Positions 19,935 through 29,870 of a DNA stretch of 64,000 nt are shown piece after piece; within the stretch, counting starts at the first letter, position 1, and each line of letters begins with the position of its first letter. Made by a program: the position numbers and the translations under genes. The notes below the pieces were generated by a model that searched no databases, was not told where the DNA came from, and worked only from the letters and a program-made list of their open reading frames with translations. This DNA is from Marinicella sp. (GTDB taxonomy: Bacteria; Pseudomonadota; Gammaproteobacteria; Xanthomonadales; Marinicellaceae): contig OZ246001.1 of NCBI GenBank assembly GCA_965230295.1, forward strand, positions 1,760,001 to 1,824,000, given 5' to 3'.

Positions 19935-22900
19935 TCAATATCGGGTCAACAGTTCAGCGATTGTGTTTTTAGCCGCAGAGAACGAGAACCATTTTTCAAC
20001 GTTTTCTAAGCCGCCTTTTGAGACTTGCTGCCAAAGTGTTTGGTCTTGGTAAAGCTGAATCACCGCTTCAGCAAAAGAATCGGCATCATCAGCCATCAAC
20101 ACATCATAACCATTTTTGGTGTACATGCCTTCAACGGCCACACTGGTTCCCACCACGGGCTGTCCATAACTCATGCTCATGTTCACTTTACCTTTAACCC
20201 CGGCGCCAAACCGCAAAGGAGCAACGGCCAACCGGGTGTTTTGCATCAAGGGCTCTATGTCAGCAACAAACCCATGGAACTCAATATTGGGGTGTTGTCC
20301 CAATGCTTTTACTTGCTGTGGCGCCTTTGAACCGATGATGTGCAGTTTCAGTTCAGGGATTTCGGCGCATATTTTTGGCAGAATATCATTCACAAACCAC
20401 ACAATCCCATCTACATTAGGGGTGTGTTGATAACCGCCAATAAACATGATGTCCTGACTTTTGTTGTAGCCAACATGACCGCCATAAACTTCATGGATGT
20501 TAGACAACACAGCCACATCCAATTCGGCGTTTTCCTGGCCCATTACTTGCTGTTCGTATGAGCTGACTACCAAGGTTAAGTCACAAGCTTCGGCCACAGA
20601 GTATTCTTTGGCTTTGGTTTCGTTGGCTGTTTTCAGTGCCAAATCATCATTGTCGAGCTCCGCCATCCTTGTTTCCCGCAGGTAATGTAAGTCAACGGTA
20701 TCAAACCAGATTTTTGCTTTGGGGCAATAGGATCTGATCATGTCCATTACCGGTTCGGCCACATAATATCGACTCAATATCACCCGATCAAAATAAGCCC
20801 CTTTGGCCTTTAAATAGGCCAGAGGCGAGTTGTATTTTGGGGCATAAATACACTCGACACCCAACCTTTGCAGATCTTTGCTGTAGTCATCAAAAAAGGC
20901 CATGTTTTCGGGGATGAAACTGACATGGTGGCCCAATTCGATAAAAATTTGCATCAAATTGATCATCCGCAATGAACCAGAATCCTGATCAGGGGTCGGT
21001 GTACAGGCATCCAAAATCAACACCCTTGGTGGTTGATTTTGTAACCTGGCCAGCTCAATGTCAGACCCTGGTGCAGGTTGTTTCTCGAGTTCCGGTCGCC
21101 ATTTTTCTAAAAACTTTTGTTGATTGATGACTTGGAATTTTTTGGTTCCTGAATTCAGGTCTGTGCCCGAAGATATGCCTTCAAAGTGAATCACCCGGCT
21201 GAGCGGTTGATAAAGTACTTTTTTACCTGCTTTTCTGACCGCAAAAGCCAAGTCAGTGTCTTCGTAATAGGCCGGTTTGTAGCGTTCATCGAATTGTCCG
21301 AGTTCACGGAACAGGGCCGTACGAATCATGATGCTGGCGCCGCTGATGTAAGTGGCCTCTCGAACATGTTGGTATTCAGGGTCATCAGGAGTTTCCAAGC
21401 GGCCATAATTCCATCCGGATGCATCGCTGAATACAATACCACCAGCTTCCTGAAGGCGCCCATCAGGGTAAAGCAATTGGCTGCCCACCAACCCGGCATC
21501 AGGGTGCTGAGAGAAGGTGTGATAAAGTTCATCCAACCAACCTGGCAGCACTTCAGTGTCGTTATTTAAAAACAACAGGAATTGGCCTTGTGCCATTGCC
21601 GCGCCGGTGTTACATGATTGAATAAAGCCGCCATTTTCTGGTTGTCGATGATAGCGAATGCCTTGGGTGTTTTTGATTTCTTGAGGAGTTTCATCCGTTG
21701 AACAATCATCAACAACAATCACTTCGAAAGTCGTATTGTCTGTCAGTCTGGCTAAGGATTCTAAACAGTGGTAAGTGTGTTTAAAGTGATTAAAAACAGG
21801 AATTACAATACTGACCAGCGGATCTTTAGTCTGCTTAATACTTAGTGATTGGTAGCTTTCAACCACTGAGTGGGCAGAGACTGGAGGTCTTTTGGCCGGT
21901 TTCTTTAATTTGTTTTTCGCCATCAAGGCCGTTTGTTTCATGCCTCTGGTTTTTAGGCTGTTACGGACCCTGCGCGGTAAACTTTTGAGTTGACTGAATC
22001 TGAATTTAATGGCATTTCTTTTGTGTCTTGCATAAGTGGTGAAGCGGCGCAATGGTTTGGTGATGCGCCATGATCGGCTGTTAAGCATGGCTTCGATCTG
22101 TTCACTCAGTTGTGTTTTTTCTGCGGTTAACAAGCTGTTTGCGGTTTGTTCGTCCCGCAAAGTTGCACGGACCTGATTGACCTCAGCTTGAAGGTTGTCG
22201 TTGGCTTGGTCTAGTCGTTTGATGGCGTCCGTTTGTTCTGCTACGGTGTCACTTAAATGTTGAACCTCTTGTCGACCCAAGTCGATGTTATGGGCTAAGT
22301 GCTGATTGTGTTGATCAAGTTCTTTGGCCCATTTAACTTTTTCTTCCAGGTTTTGCTCAGTCGCTTTCAATGCAAGGGTCAGTTGGTTGGCAGATTGCTG
22401 TTCTCGTTTGAAGGCATCAGCCAAAGGAGAAGGTGTGGCCAGACCCCAAGTTTGGTAAGCACAAGGTTCAAACATAAAGTGTTTAAGCAGTTGGTCATAG
22501 GCCTTTTTGTTGTCATTGGTATTCCATTGCTTGGTGACCAATGAATTTTCTCTTAACTGAACCAATGTTTCCGGGTTTTGTTGCAGGGTTTTTATGTTTT
22601 CGATCAGTGCCTGGGCGTCGGGTTTGACCAACACACCATTTTTATTGTGTTCTATGCGGTTCTTCAAAGCACCAACAGCAGTGGCTAACACCGGCAAGCC
22701 CATGGTTTGTAGTTCAGACAGTGTATAGCTGAAAGTTTCAGCAGTGGTTGATGCCAATAAGCCCAGCTGTGGAGCAATTTTTTTCACCAAAGACTCGAGT
22801 TCTTCGTGTTGAAAATCTGCAATGACCCGGGTGTTGGCGAAGTCAACAAAGGCTTTGCCATTTTTACCAGCGCCCAACAAAACAAATTGAATGGACGCAT

Positions 22901-24251
22901 CATTTTGTAAGTCACTGATACAGGCTTGTAACAAATCCTGTCCTTTTGAGGGGCTGATGCGACCCAGAACCAACACCGTAAACGGCTCTTTATTCACCTG
23001 ATAGTCAATGGCTTGTAGCGGTTCAGGCGCATGCGGGATTACCACGGTTTTGTTAAAACATGACGCCTGTGGCAGTTTCAGAAGGTTGGTCTTAACGGAC
23101 TCATCAGGTGCCACGATCGAAACATGTGGTTGATTCAATAATTCATTGTTTTTGAATTGCCATTTGGCCAGTTGGTCAGCACTTATGGACCCAAAAGGCT
23201 CGTTTCGGGTATCTTTAAGTGCCTGTTCAATATGCTGTTCAGCAATTGGATCTTCATCCAACAAGGCATTTAAACTTGGCCAATGAGGAAAATAGTCGTG
23301 CAACACTCTGATGGTAGGTAAACCCGTGTTTAAACAATCCATGGCATGGCCAATCAAAGAAGAAACCACCAACCCATTGATGCCCCAAATATCAATCACA
23401 CGATCCAGCAACATGTGGTATTCGCGGTGATGTGTGGCCGTGGCAATGATCGGCGCTGCCAGATGGAATTCCTGTAGCACCGGACCTTGGATGTGTTGCC
23501 AGTGTAACAAGAACTTTTCTCCTTGTTGTTTACGGAAAAACTCTCCCTGGCTGCTGAGCACCAGATGATTCATTTCATTATGATTTTGAATAAAATCATT
23601 CACCCATTCATGCACACCACCGCCCCAATCCATGACCAAATGCAATACCGTGGGTTTGTTATCAAGCCGAGGATAACCAGGAAGTAGGTGCTCAGTTTGT
23701 ATTTTTGACAGGGTCATTTGCACCTTGACCAACGGGTGTGCGGGCAATGGTCTTTGATCGCCTGTATCAATGGCTTTAGGTGCAGATATTACGGTTTCAT
23801 TGGATGGCGTGTCTACCACCAGATTATTAACAGCGAACACCTCTGTATGGTCATCCAGATGGTCAACATGTCGCACAGCAAAACAATTGAGGTTAAGTGC
23901 AGTGCTGACATAGTATTGAGCTTTTTGTATAAGGTATACAAGCTGATCTAATTGCGCCAAGGTGCCTGTAAATGGTTCGGTCAAGGGTGAAATTTGTCGT
24001 TGTTGGGTGCTCAGCGCACAGGTTTTCATGACCTGCGTATCATCCAATAAGGGCTGTAAAAGCCGTCTTTGCCAGTGTGGTGGTAAGAAAGCTTGGGCAT
24101 TGACCACTGTGATGATGTGGTCATTTTTGATTGAGTTTTTTATCCACTCAATCAGCTGTTCATCCACCGTTTCTTGGGTGCTGTACAGCACAGAACCCGA
24201 TTGCTGGTCTTTTGAGCTGTTGTAGTAGACGGTGTGAACATTTTTCTGCAT
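19935..24251 (-). CDS. Multidomain glycosyltransferase (GT-B + coiled coil + GT2 + GT-B)
   Basis: ETFSYTLSE, long coiled coil ending SRSWRITKPLR, VSIVIPVFN/VVDDCS/FLNND, FGAGVKGKV. Confidence 0.92.
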   Translation of the reverse strand: MQKNVHTVYYNSSKDQQSGSVLYSTQETVDEQLIEWIKNSIKNDHIITVVNAQAFLPPHWQRRLLQPLLDDTQVMKTCALSTQQRQISPLTEPFTGTLAQLDQLVYLIQKAQYYVSTALNLNCFAVRHVDHLDDHTEVFAVNNLVVDTPSNETVISAPKAIDTGDQRPLPAHPLVKVQMTLSKIQTEHLLPGYPRLDNKPTVLHLVMDWGGGVHEWVNDFIQNHNEMNHLVLSSQGEFFRKQQGEKFLLHWQHIQGPVLQEFHLAAPIIATATHHREYHMLLDRVIDIWGINGLVVSSLIGHAMDCLNTGLPTIRVLHDYFPHWPSLNALLDEDPIAEQHIEQALKDTRNEPFGSISADQLAKWQFKNNELLNQPHVSIVAPDESVKTNLLKLPQASCFNKTVVIPHAPEPLQAIDYQVNKEPFTVLVLGRISPSKGQDLLQACISDLQNDASIQFVLLGAGKNGKAFVDFANTRVIADFQHEELESLVKKIAPQLGLLASTTAETFSYTLSELQTMGLPVLATAVGALKNRIEHNKNGVLVKPDAQALIENIKTLQQNPETLVQLRENSLVTKQWNTNDNKKAYDQLLKHFMFEPCAYQTWGLATPSPLADAFKREQQSANQLTLALKATEQNLEEKVKWAKELDQHNQHLAHNIDLGRQEVQHLSDTVAEQTDAIKRLDQANDNLQAEVNQVRATLRDEQTANSLLTAEKTQLSEQIEAMLNSRSWRITKPLRRFTTYARHKRNAIKFRFSQLKSLPRRVRNSLKTRGMKQTALMAKNKLKKPAKRPPVSAHSVVESYQSLSIKQTKDPLVSIVIPVFNHFKHTYHCLESLARLTDNTTFEVIVVDDCSTDETPQEIKNTQGIRYHRQPENGGFIQSCNTGAAMAQGQFLLFLNNDTEVLPGWLDELYHTFSQHPDAGLVGSQLLYPDGRLQEAGGIVFSDASGWNYGRLETPDDPEYQHVREATYISGASIMIRTALFRELGQFDERYKPAYYEDTDLAFAVRKAGKKVLYQPLSRVIHFEGISSGTDLNSGTKKFQVINQQKFLEKWRPELEKQPAPGSDIELARLQNQPPRVLILDACTPTPDQDSGSLRMINLMQIFIELGHHVSFIPENMAFFDDYSKDLQRLGVECIYAPKYNSPLAYLKAKGAYFDRVILSRYYVAEPVMDMIRSYCPKAKIWFDTVDLHYLRETRMAELDNDDLALKTANETKAKEYSVAEACDLTLVVSSYEQQVMGQENAELDVAVLSNIHEVYGGHVGYNKSQDIMFIGGYQHTPNVDGIVWFVNDILPKICAEIPELKLHIIGSKAPQQVKALGQHPNIEFHGFVADIEPLMQNTRLAVAPLRFGAGVKGKVNMSMSYGQPVVGTSVAVEGMYTKNGYDVLMADDADSFAEAVIQLYQDQTLWQQVSKGGLENVEKWFSFSAAKNTIAELLTRY

Positions 24252-24374
24252 GCGCGCATTCTACCAAAATTCATTCAATGAAGGGGTGCCAAAAGGCATG
24301 AAGGTTTAAGAACATACCTTTTGCTAACACCGGGTTTTGGAGGGTGCGATGGCCGTCGAGAAGCCTGCCAAATG

Positions 24375-25136
24375 TTATTTAATTATTTCAGTGGGCAGGC
24401 CTAAATTTGTTTTGCTGTAGCCCTCGGGTACTTGAAAGGTCTGGGCGCCCAATGCATCATGGTTGATTTCAGTCAGGTAGGCTTTCTGCAATCCCATGTC
24501 GTAATAAACGGGAATGACTGATCCAATGTCAGAAAAATTCATGCTTTGGTCTTGACCGAATTGTGAAGCAAGCTTTTCAACCGTTTGCATGAATTGATTG
24601 ATGCTGTCATAGTCAGCGGCAGGGATACCCAAATCAGCAATGTCAGCCACACAAAAATCACCATCTTTTTGACCTTCAACCATTTTGATAACCACCTCAC
24701 AATCAAAACCGTTGTAATTAGAGGACTGACCACTTTTGTTGTACTGAGGAGGAGCGGCTTGCTTGGGCATTTGCTTTTTTATCATTGACTCCATCATGCC
24801 CCTCATTTGATCACGTTGAGCAGCTGGCATTTGAGACAGTTGTTCTTCGAGCATGCGATCAACCATGGCTGAAACGTCACTCAATGCAGCGATTTCTTTT
24901 TCGCCAAACACCACATAACTTTGGTCCTGGTGATTAACCACCGTGAAGGCATTGGCTTGGGCATTGAAAATTAATGCGGTATTGACGTCACTGTTGTTGG
25001 TGATTTTTGCCACGCCATCACTCATATACATGACGCTGTTTTGCTGGCCATTGGCATCGTTGTAAATCAGTGTGGTGTCCGCGTGAGACTGGACACTGAA
25101 AAGTATGGCTGATAATAATAAAATTCTTGGTTTCAT
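24375..25136 (-). CDS. Secreted DUF4412-like protein
   Basis: Signal peptide, LEEQLSQMPAAQRDQM, GFDCEV, FQVPEGY. Confidence 0.7.
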   Translation of the reverse strand: MKPRILLLSAILFSVQSHADTTLIYNDANGQQNSVMYMSDGVAKITNNSDVNTALIFNAQANAFTVVNHQDQSYVVFGEKEIAALSDVSAMVDRMLEEQLSQMPAAQRDQMRGMMESMIKKQMPKQAAPPQYNKSGQSSNYNGFDCEVVIKMVEGQKDGDFCVADIADLGIPAADYDSINQFMQTVEKLASQFGQDQSMNFSDIGSVIPVYYDMGLQKAYLTEINHDALGAQTFQVPEGYSKTNLGLPTEIIK

Positions 25137-25240
25137 GAATGATTCCCTCTGTTGTATTTGCAGTGCTCATTGTAGGTACAATTCTTGAATCTCATGTTAA
25201 CATGCGGACATTCATTTTGTGAACTGGATCAAGTCCAACG

Positions 25241-27295
25241 GTGCCAAAGAAAAAAGCAACCAAAAGTAAAATCAAGAAATACCTGTTCAAGTCCGTGCTG
25301 TTCATGGTGGGGCTCATGGCCGGGCTGGTGGTGCCTTGGTATTTTTACATCAATTACATCACAGACACCATCGTTCAAGACCGATGGGACATACCCTCGG
25401 TGGTCTATGCGCGTCCCTTGGAGTTGTATCAAGGGCTCACGTTGTCACCACAAGCATTGACCTTTGAGCTGGATTTGTTGGGCTATCAGCCCACTGCAGA
25501 CGCACCCAACCCTGGCCAATATAAACGTGAGGGCAAGCGTTATTGGATCCACAGTAAAGGTTTTGAGTTTCCAGATGCTGCTGCCAAAGCGCAATTGATT
25601 GAATTCTCTTTGAATGGGCCATCCATCCAATCCATCACCCCAAAACTGGCCAGGTTGGAACCGCCGATCATTGGTCGTTTTTTCACCACAGACTTTGAAA
25701 ATCGTTTGCCAATTAAACTGGCGGAGATTCCTGACAGCATGATTCGTGGCTTGCAAGCAGTCGAAGACCGTGACTTCAAAAACCACCACGGCGTTTCCTG
25801 GTGGGGTATCATGCGAGCTGCTGTTAAAAACTTAATGGCAGGAGAAGTGGTACAAGGTGGCAGCACCATCACCCAACAGCTGATCAAGAATAAATTACAT
25901 TACAGTCAAAACAGTTTGTTGCGAAAGTTGCATGAAGCCCTGGCGGCAACTTTGTTGGAAACCAAGTTAAGCAAAGCACAAATATTAGAGTCTTACTTTA
26001 ATGAAGTTTATTGGGGTCAAGATGGCAAAGTGGCTGTCCATGGGGTGGTTGAAGCAGCTCAGTATTATTTTGCCAAACCTGTGGCTCGTTTGAATTTGGC
26101 AGAGCAGGCCTTGCTGGTGGGCATCATCAAAGGCCCTTCCTGGTACAACCCATACCGCCAAACCAAACGGGCCTTATTGCGCCGCAATGTGGTGTTAAAA
26201 AGTTGGTTGGAAACCGGGGTCATCAATGCAGCGCAGCACCAAAAAGCCACGCATTTGCCGCTGGGGTTGTCTAAAAGTCGACAGTTGAAAACGGACTTTG
26301 ACGATTACATGGATGTGGTGAAGCGGCAGATTAAAAAGCAGTTTTCTTTACAAGACTTGAAAAGCAATGGATTGAGGATTTTCACCAGTATGGATCCATT
26401 TGTGCAATACAAGACCACCCAAACGGCCAAAAAAACCAGCGATTGGCTGTCTGATGATGTAGAAAGTGCCATCCTGGTCAGTGGTGCAAAGAATGGTGAA
26501 TTATTGGCTGTAACGGGATCGAAATCAGCGCGTTCGCATTACAACAGGGCCTTGTTAGCAAAACGTCAAATTGGCTCTTTAATCAAACCTTTGGTTTATT
26601 TAGCAGGTCTCGAGTTGTTGTCAGGGTTCAATCTGGATGAAACGTTACAAGATGAGCCATTGCAGGTAACCACTGCAGACAACAAAACTTGGCAGCCTAA
26701 CAATTGGGACCGGCAGAGCTTGGGAGCCATCAGTGCCGCTACCGCATTGATTCAATCCCGCAACCAAGCCACTGTCGATTTAGGCTTGCGCATTAACTTG
26801 AATCGTTTCATTGCCTTTCTGAAACAGTTGGGACTACAAGTTCAACGCAACAACCACCCAGCCTTGTTTCTTGGAGCCATTGAGCTGACACCATTTGAAG
26901 TCCAGCATTTATTTGGGATATTTGCATCTCGAGGAGCCAACCAATACATCAATTCTATCCGTTATGTGACCGATCAAAATAACCAAATTCTCAGTCGTTC
27001 ACAACAATCAATGAACCATGACCTGGCGGTCGGCAACATTGACACCATCAATTGGGCCATGCATCAAATCACCATCGAAGGGACCGCTAAAAAATTAACC
27101 CATGCATTCGAATTGGCTGGTCCCATGTTTGGCAAGACGGGCACCACCAATGACGGTAAAGACAGTTGGTTTGCTGGCTTCACACATGATTATTTGGTCA
27201 CTGTTTGGGTTGGCAGAGATGACAACAAACCGACACCCTATTCGGGCAGTAATGGTGCTTTGATCCTGTGGGGGCATTTGTTCAAAAACCTTTGA
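25241..27295 (+). CDS. mrcB: Class A penicillin-binding protein 1B
   Basis: VYARPLEL, UB2H-like region, EDRDF..HHG, GGSTITQQL, GSLIK, SRN, KTGTT. Confidence 0.9.
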   Translation: MPKKKATKSKIKKYLFKSVLFMVGLMAGLVVPWYFYINYITDTIVQDRWDIPSVVYARPLELYQGLTLSPQALTFELDLLGYQPTADAPNPGQYKREGKRYWIHSKGFEFPDAAAKAQLIEFSLNGPSIQSITPKLARLEPPIIGRFFTTDFENRLPIKLAEIPDSMIRGLQAVEDRDFKNHHGVSWWGIMRAAVKNLMAGEVVQGGSTITQQLIKNKLHYSQNSLLRKLHEALAATLLETKLSKAQILESYFNEVYWGQDGKVAVHGVVEAAQYYFAKPVARLNLAEQALLVGIIKGPSWYNPYRQTKRALLRRNVVLKSWLETGVINAAQHQKATHLPLGLSKSRQLKTDFDDYMDVVKRQIKKQFSLQDLKSNGLRIFTSMDPFVQYKTTQTAKKTSDWLSDDVESAILVSGAKNGELLAVTGSKSARSHYNRALLAKRQIGSLIKPLVYLAGLELLSGFNLDETLQDEPLQVTTADNKTWQPNNWDRQSLGAISAATALIQSRNQATVDLGLRINLNRFIAFLKQLGLQVQRNNHPALFLGAIELTPFEVQHLFGIFASRGANQYINSIRYVTDQNNQILSRSQQSMNHDLAVGNIDTINWAMHQITIEGTAKKLTHAFELAGPMFGKTGTTNDGKDSWFAGFTHDYLVTVWVGRDDNKPTPYSGSNGALILWGHLFKNL

Positions 27296-27392
27296 TACAC
27301 GGCCTTTCTGAACCATGGTACGACCTTTGGGATTTTGAAAAATTTGTATTGATGGCTTGATAAATCGGCGTTTAAAGCTATGATTAAGCGCT

Positions 27393-27893
27393 ATGTCAAA
27401 ACACAACCCCACAACCCCTCTGAAAATCTTTGGTATTGTTACGGTGGCTGTTCTATTAAGTCACTGTAGTTACAAACGTGTGGACGTAGAAAAAGATGTC
27501 CGCGAGCCTGCCAGAGACAATGATTCACTGATTCAAGTTTCACCGATGGTGCCAGCCGCTGTGTATGCCTTGATCAACGAAGCAGACATGCAAATGAGTG
27601 ATGGTCAAGTTAAGCTTGCCATTCTGACATTAAAAAGGGCCTTATCGATCAGCCCGGCCTCCGCTTTGGTGCAACAACATTTGTCAGAAGCTTATTTGTC
27701 AGATGCTGATTACAAGCAAGCCCTGTATTGGTCTACATTGGTGGTCAACCAGGGCCCTGATCAGGGAGCTTTGTGTGAACGATCCAGGCGAACCCAAGCG
27801 TTGGCAGCAGAATTGTTGAATGAAGTGGTGGTTCAGGCCCAGGCTTTGGATGCCATTGCTGAATGCACCACCAAAAAGCCGGCGCGCTTTTGA
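27393..27893 (+). CDS. TPR lipoprotein, LpoP-like PBP1B activator candidate
   Basis: Lipobox-like LSHC, TPR helix pair (AILTLKRALSISP), directly after PBP1B. Confidence 0.6.
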   Translation: MSKHNPTTPLKIFGIVTVAVLLSHCSYKRVDVEKDVREPARDNDSLIQVSPMVPAAVYALINEADMQMSDGQVKLAILTLKRALSISPASALVQQHLSEAYLSDADYKQALYWSTLVVNQGPDQGALCERSRRTQALAAELLNEVVVQAQALDAIAECTTKKPARF

Positions 27894-29803
27894 TGCATAC
27901 AATCGAGCAGGTGCTGGGTGAAGGTGGGTTATTTGAGCAACAAATAGACTCTTTCAAACCCCGTTCTCAGCAGTTGGCTATGGCTGAACACATTGCGGCC
28001 GTGATGGCTGACCAACACATCCTGATTGCTGAAGCTGGTACGGGTACGGGAAAAACCTATGCCTATTTAATTCCGGCACTGATCTCTGGTCAAAAAATCA
28101 TCGTTTCTACCGGTACCAAAACCCTCCAGGACCAGTTGTTCACCAAAGACATACCTCTGCTGTTGGATTTGTTGAGCCTAAAACCCAAAGTGAGGTTACT
28201 TAAAGGCCGCAACAATTACCTGTGTTTAGACAGGTACCATAAATCGGCGCTGATGCCCGTCAGTCGCTATCCAGAAAACAAGGCACTATTTGGCCACTTG
28301 AAAAACTGGATTCACCAAACCAACAGTGGTGAAATCGCTGAGTTGACTGAATACATTGAAAACCGCATGATGTTATCCAACATCACATCAACCCCGGAAA
28401 ATTGTTTGGGTTCTGATTGTGATCATTACAATGATTGTTTTGTCTACAAAGCCAGGCGCCGGGCTTTGGATGCGGATTTACTGGTGATCAACCACCATTT
28501 GTTGTTTGCTGATATGGCGATCAAACAAGGGGGTTTTGGCGAGCTGTTACCGAAAGCAGATGTGATGGTGTTGGATGAATCGCACCAAATTCCAGAAATT
28601 GCCGGACGTTTTTTCAGTCAATTGTTCAGTTCCCGACAATGCAGTGAATTACTCAATGACCTGCTGACAGAAGCCGGAGAGGTGGATGCGGCTTTTGCTG
28701 CCATCAGCGAACCACATGAACAGATGAAAAGGGCTTTGCGAGACACTTTGTTGTCGATGAGTCAAATGCCAGAACGAGAGAGCACCAAACGTTTGTTCCA
28801 AACCCCAATCATCATTGAGGTGTTTGACTTATTGATGCACCACATGGGCTTATTGGTGAATGCCTTAGAACCACTGGTGGTACAAAGCACAGGCCTGCAG
28901 AATTGTTATTTACGTTTGACGGCTTTGGGTGATTTGTTACAAGACATGATGCAACAAGGTGAGTCCAATTTTATTTATTGGTTCGAGGCCAGGGACAAGT
29001 ATTTTGCCTTACACAAATCCCCGTTAGACATTGCTGATCCACTGCGAGAATTCAGGGCGGCTTTTGATACGGCATGGGTGATGACTTCAGCGACTTTAAC
29101 GGTTAATAACAGTTTTGAACATTTTCAACAACAGACCGGGTTTGATGATGCCCAGACATTGTTGTTAGACAGCCCGTTTGATTACCAAAAACAGGCTTTG
29201 ATGTTGTTGCCAAAAAACCTGCCAGAACCCAATGACTATGAGTTCAATCCGGCCATGTTTGAATATGTTTTGCCCTTGATAGAACAAGCCAAAGGCGGGG
29301 TGTTTTTCTTGTTCACTTCACACCGGTCATTACAAATGGCTGCACACTTCTTCAAAGCAAAAACCCACAAGCCGCTGTTTGTTCAAGGCACGGCTGATCG
29401 CAATCAAATGCTCGAGGATTTCAGGGCCGCGGGCAATGGTTTGTTGCTGGGTGCCGCCAGTTTCTGGGAAGGCGTTGATGTTTCAGGGACCAGCCTCAGT
29501 TGTGTCATCATCGATAAACTGCCATTTGCCCATCCCAGTGAACCGGTGTTGAAAGCCAAGATCGAGCACATCAACAAACAGGGTGGCAAGGCATTTTATG
29601 ATTTACAAATTCCCAAAGCCATCATTGCCTTGAAACAGGGTGCCGGGCGGTTGATCAGAGGCGAACAAGACCATGGTGTTTTGGTCATTTGTGACCGCAG
29701 AATCACCAGCAAAGGATATGGACCCTTGTTCCTAAAATCGCTGCCAAATATGCAAATCAGTCATGACCTTGAAACAGCCCTGAGCTTTTTAGCCGAGTTG
29801 TAG
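27893..29803 (+). CDS. yoaA: ATP-dependent DNA helicase, DinG/YoaA family (Fe-S)
   Basis: EAGTGTGKT, KGRNNYLC, CLGSDC...C, DESH, SATLT, FWEGVD, QGAGRLIR. Confidence 0.9.
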   Translation: MHTIEQVLGEGGLFEQQIDSFKPRSQQLAMAEHIAAVMADQHILIAEAGTGTGKTYAYLIPALISGQKIIVSTGTKTLQDQLFTKDIPLLLDLLSLKPKVRLLKGRNNYLCLDRYHKSALMPVSRYPENKALFGHLKNWIHQTNSGEIAELTEYIENRMMLSNITSTPENCLGSDCDHYNDCFVYKARRRALDADLLVINHHLLFADMAIKQGGFGELLPKADVMVLDESHQIPEIAGRFFSQLFSSRQCSELLNDLLTEAGEVDAAFAAISEPHEQMKRALRDTLLSMSQMPERESTKRLFQTPIIIEVFDLLMHHMGLLVNALEPLVVQSTGLQNCYLRLTALGDLLQDMMQQGESNFIYWFEARDKYFALHKSPLDIADPLREFRAAFDTAWVMTSATLTVNNSFEHFQQQTGFDDAQTLLLDSPFDYQKQALMLLPKNLPEPNDYEFNPAMFEYVLPLIEQAKGGVFFLFTSHRSLQMAAHFFKAKTHKPLFVQGTADRNQMLEDFRAAGNGLLLGAASFWEGVDVSGTSLSCVIIDKLPFAHPSEPVLKAKIEHINKQGGKAFYDLQIPKAIIALKQGAGRLIRGEQDHGVLVICDRRITSKGYGPLFLKSLPNMQISHDLETALSFLAEL

Positions 29804-29870
29804 AGGGACTATTGGCTAAAAAACATCACAATTCACAGAAAATTAAGCCCATCCGTGTTAATTTCTAGTC

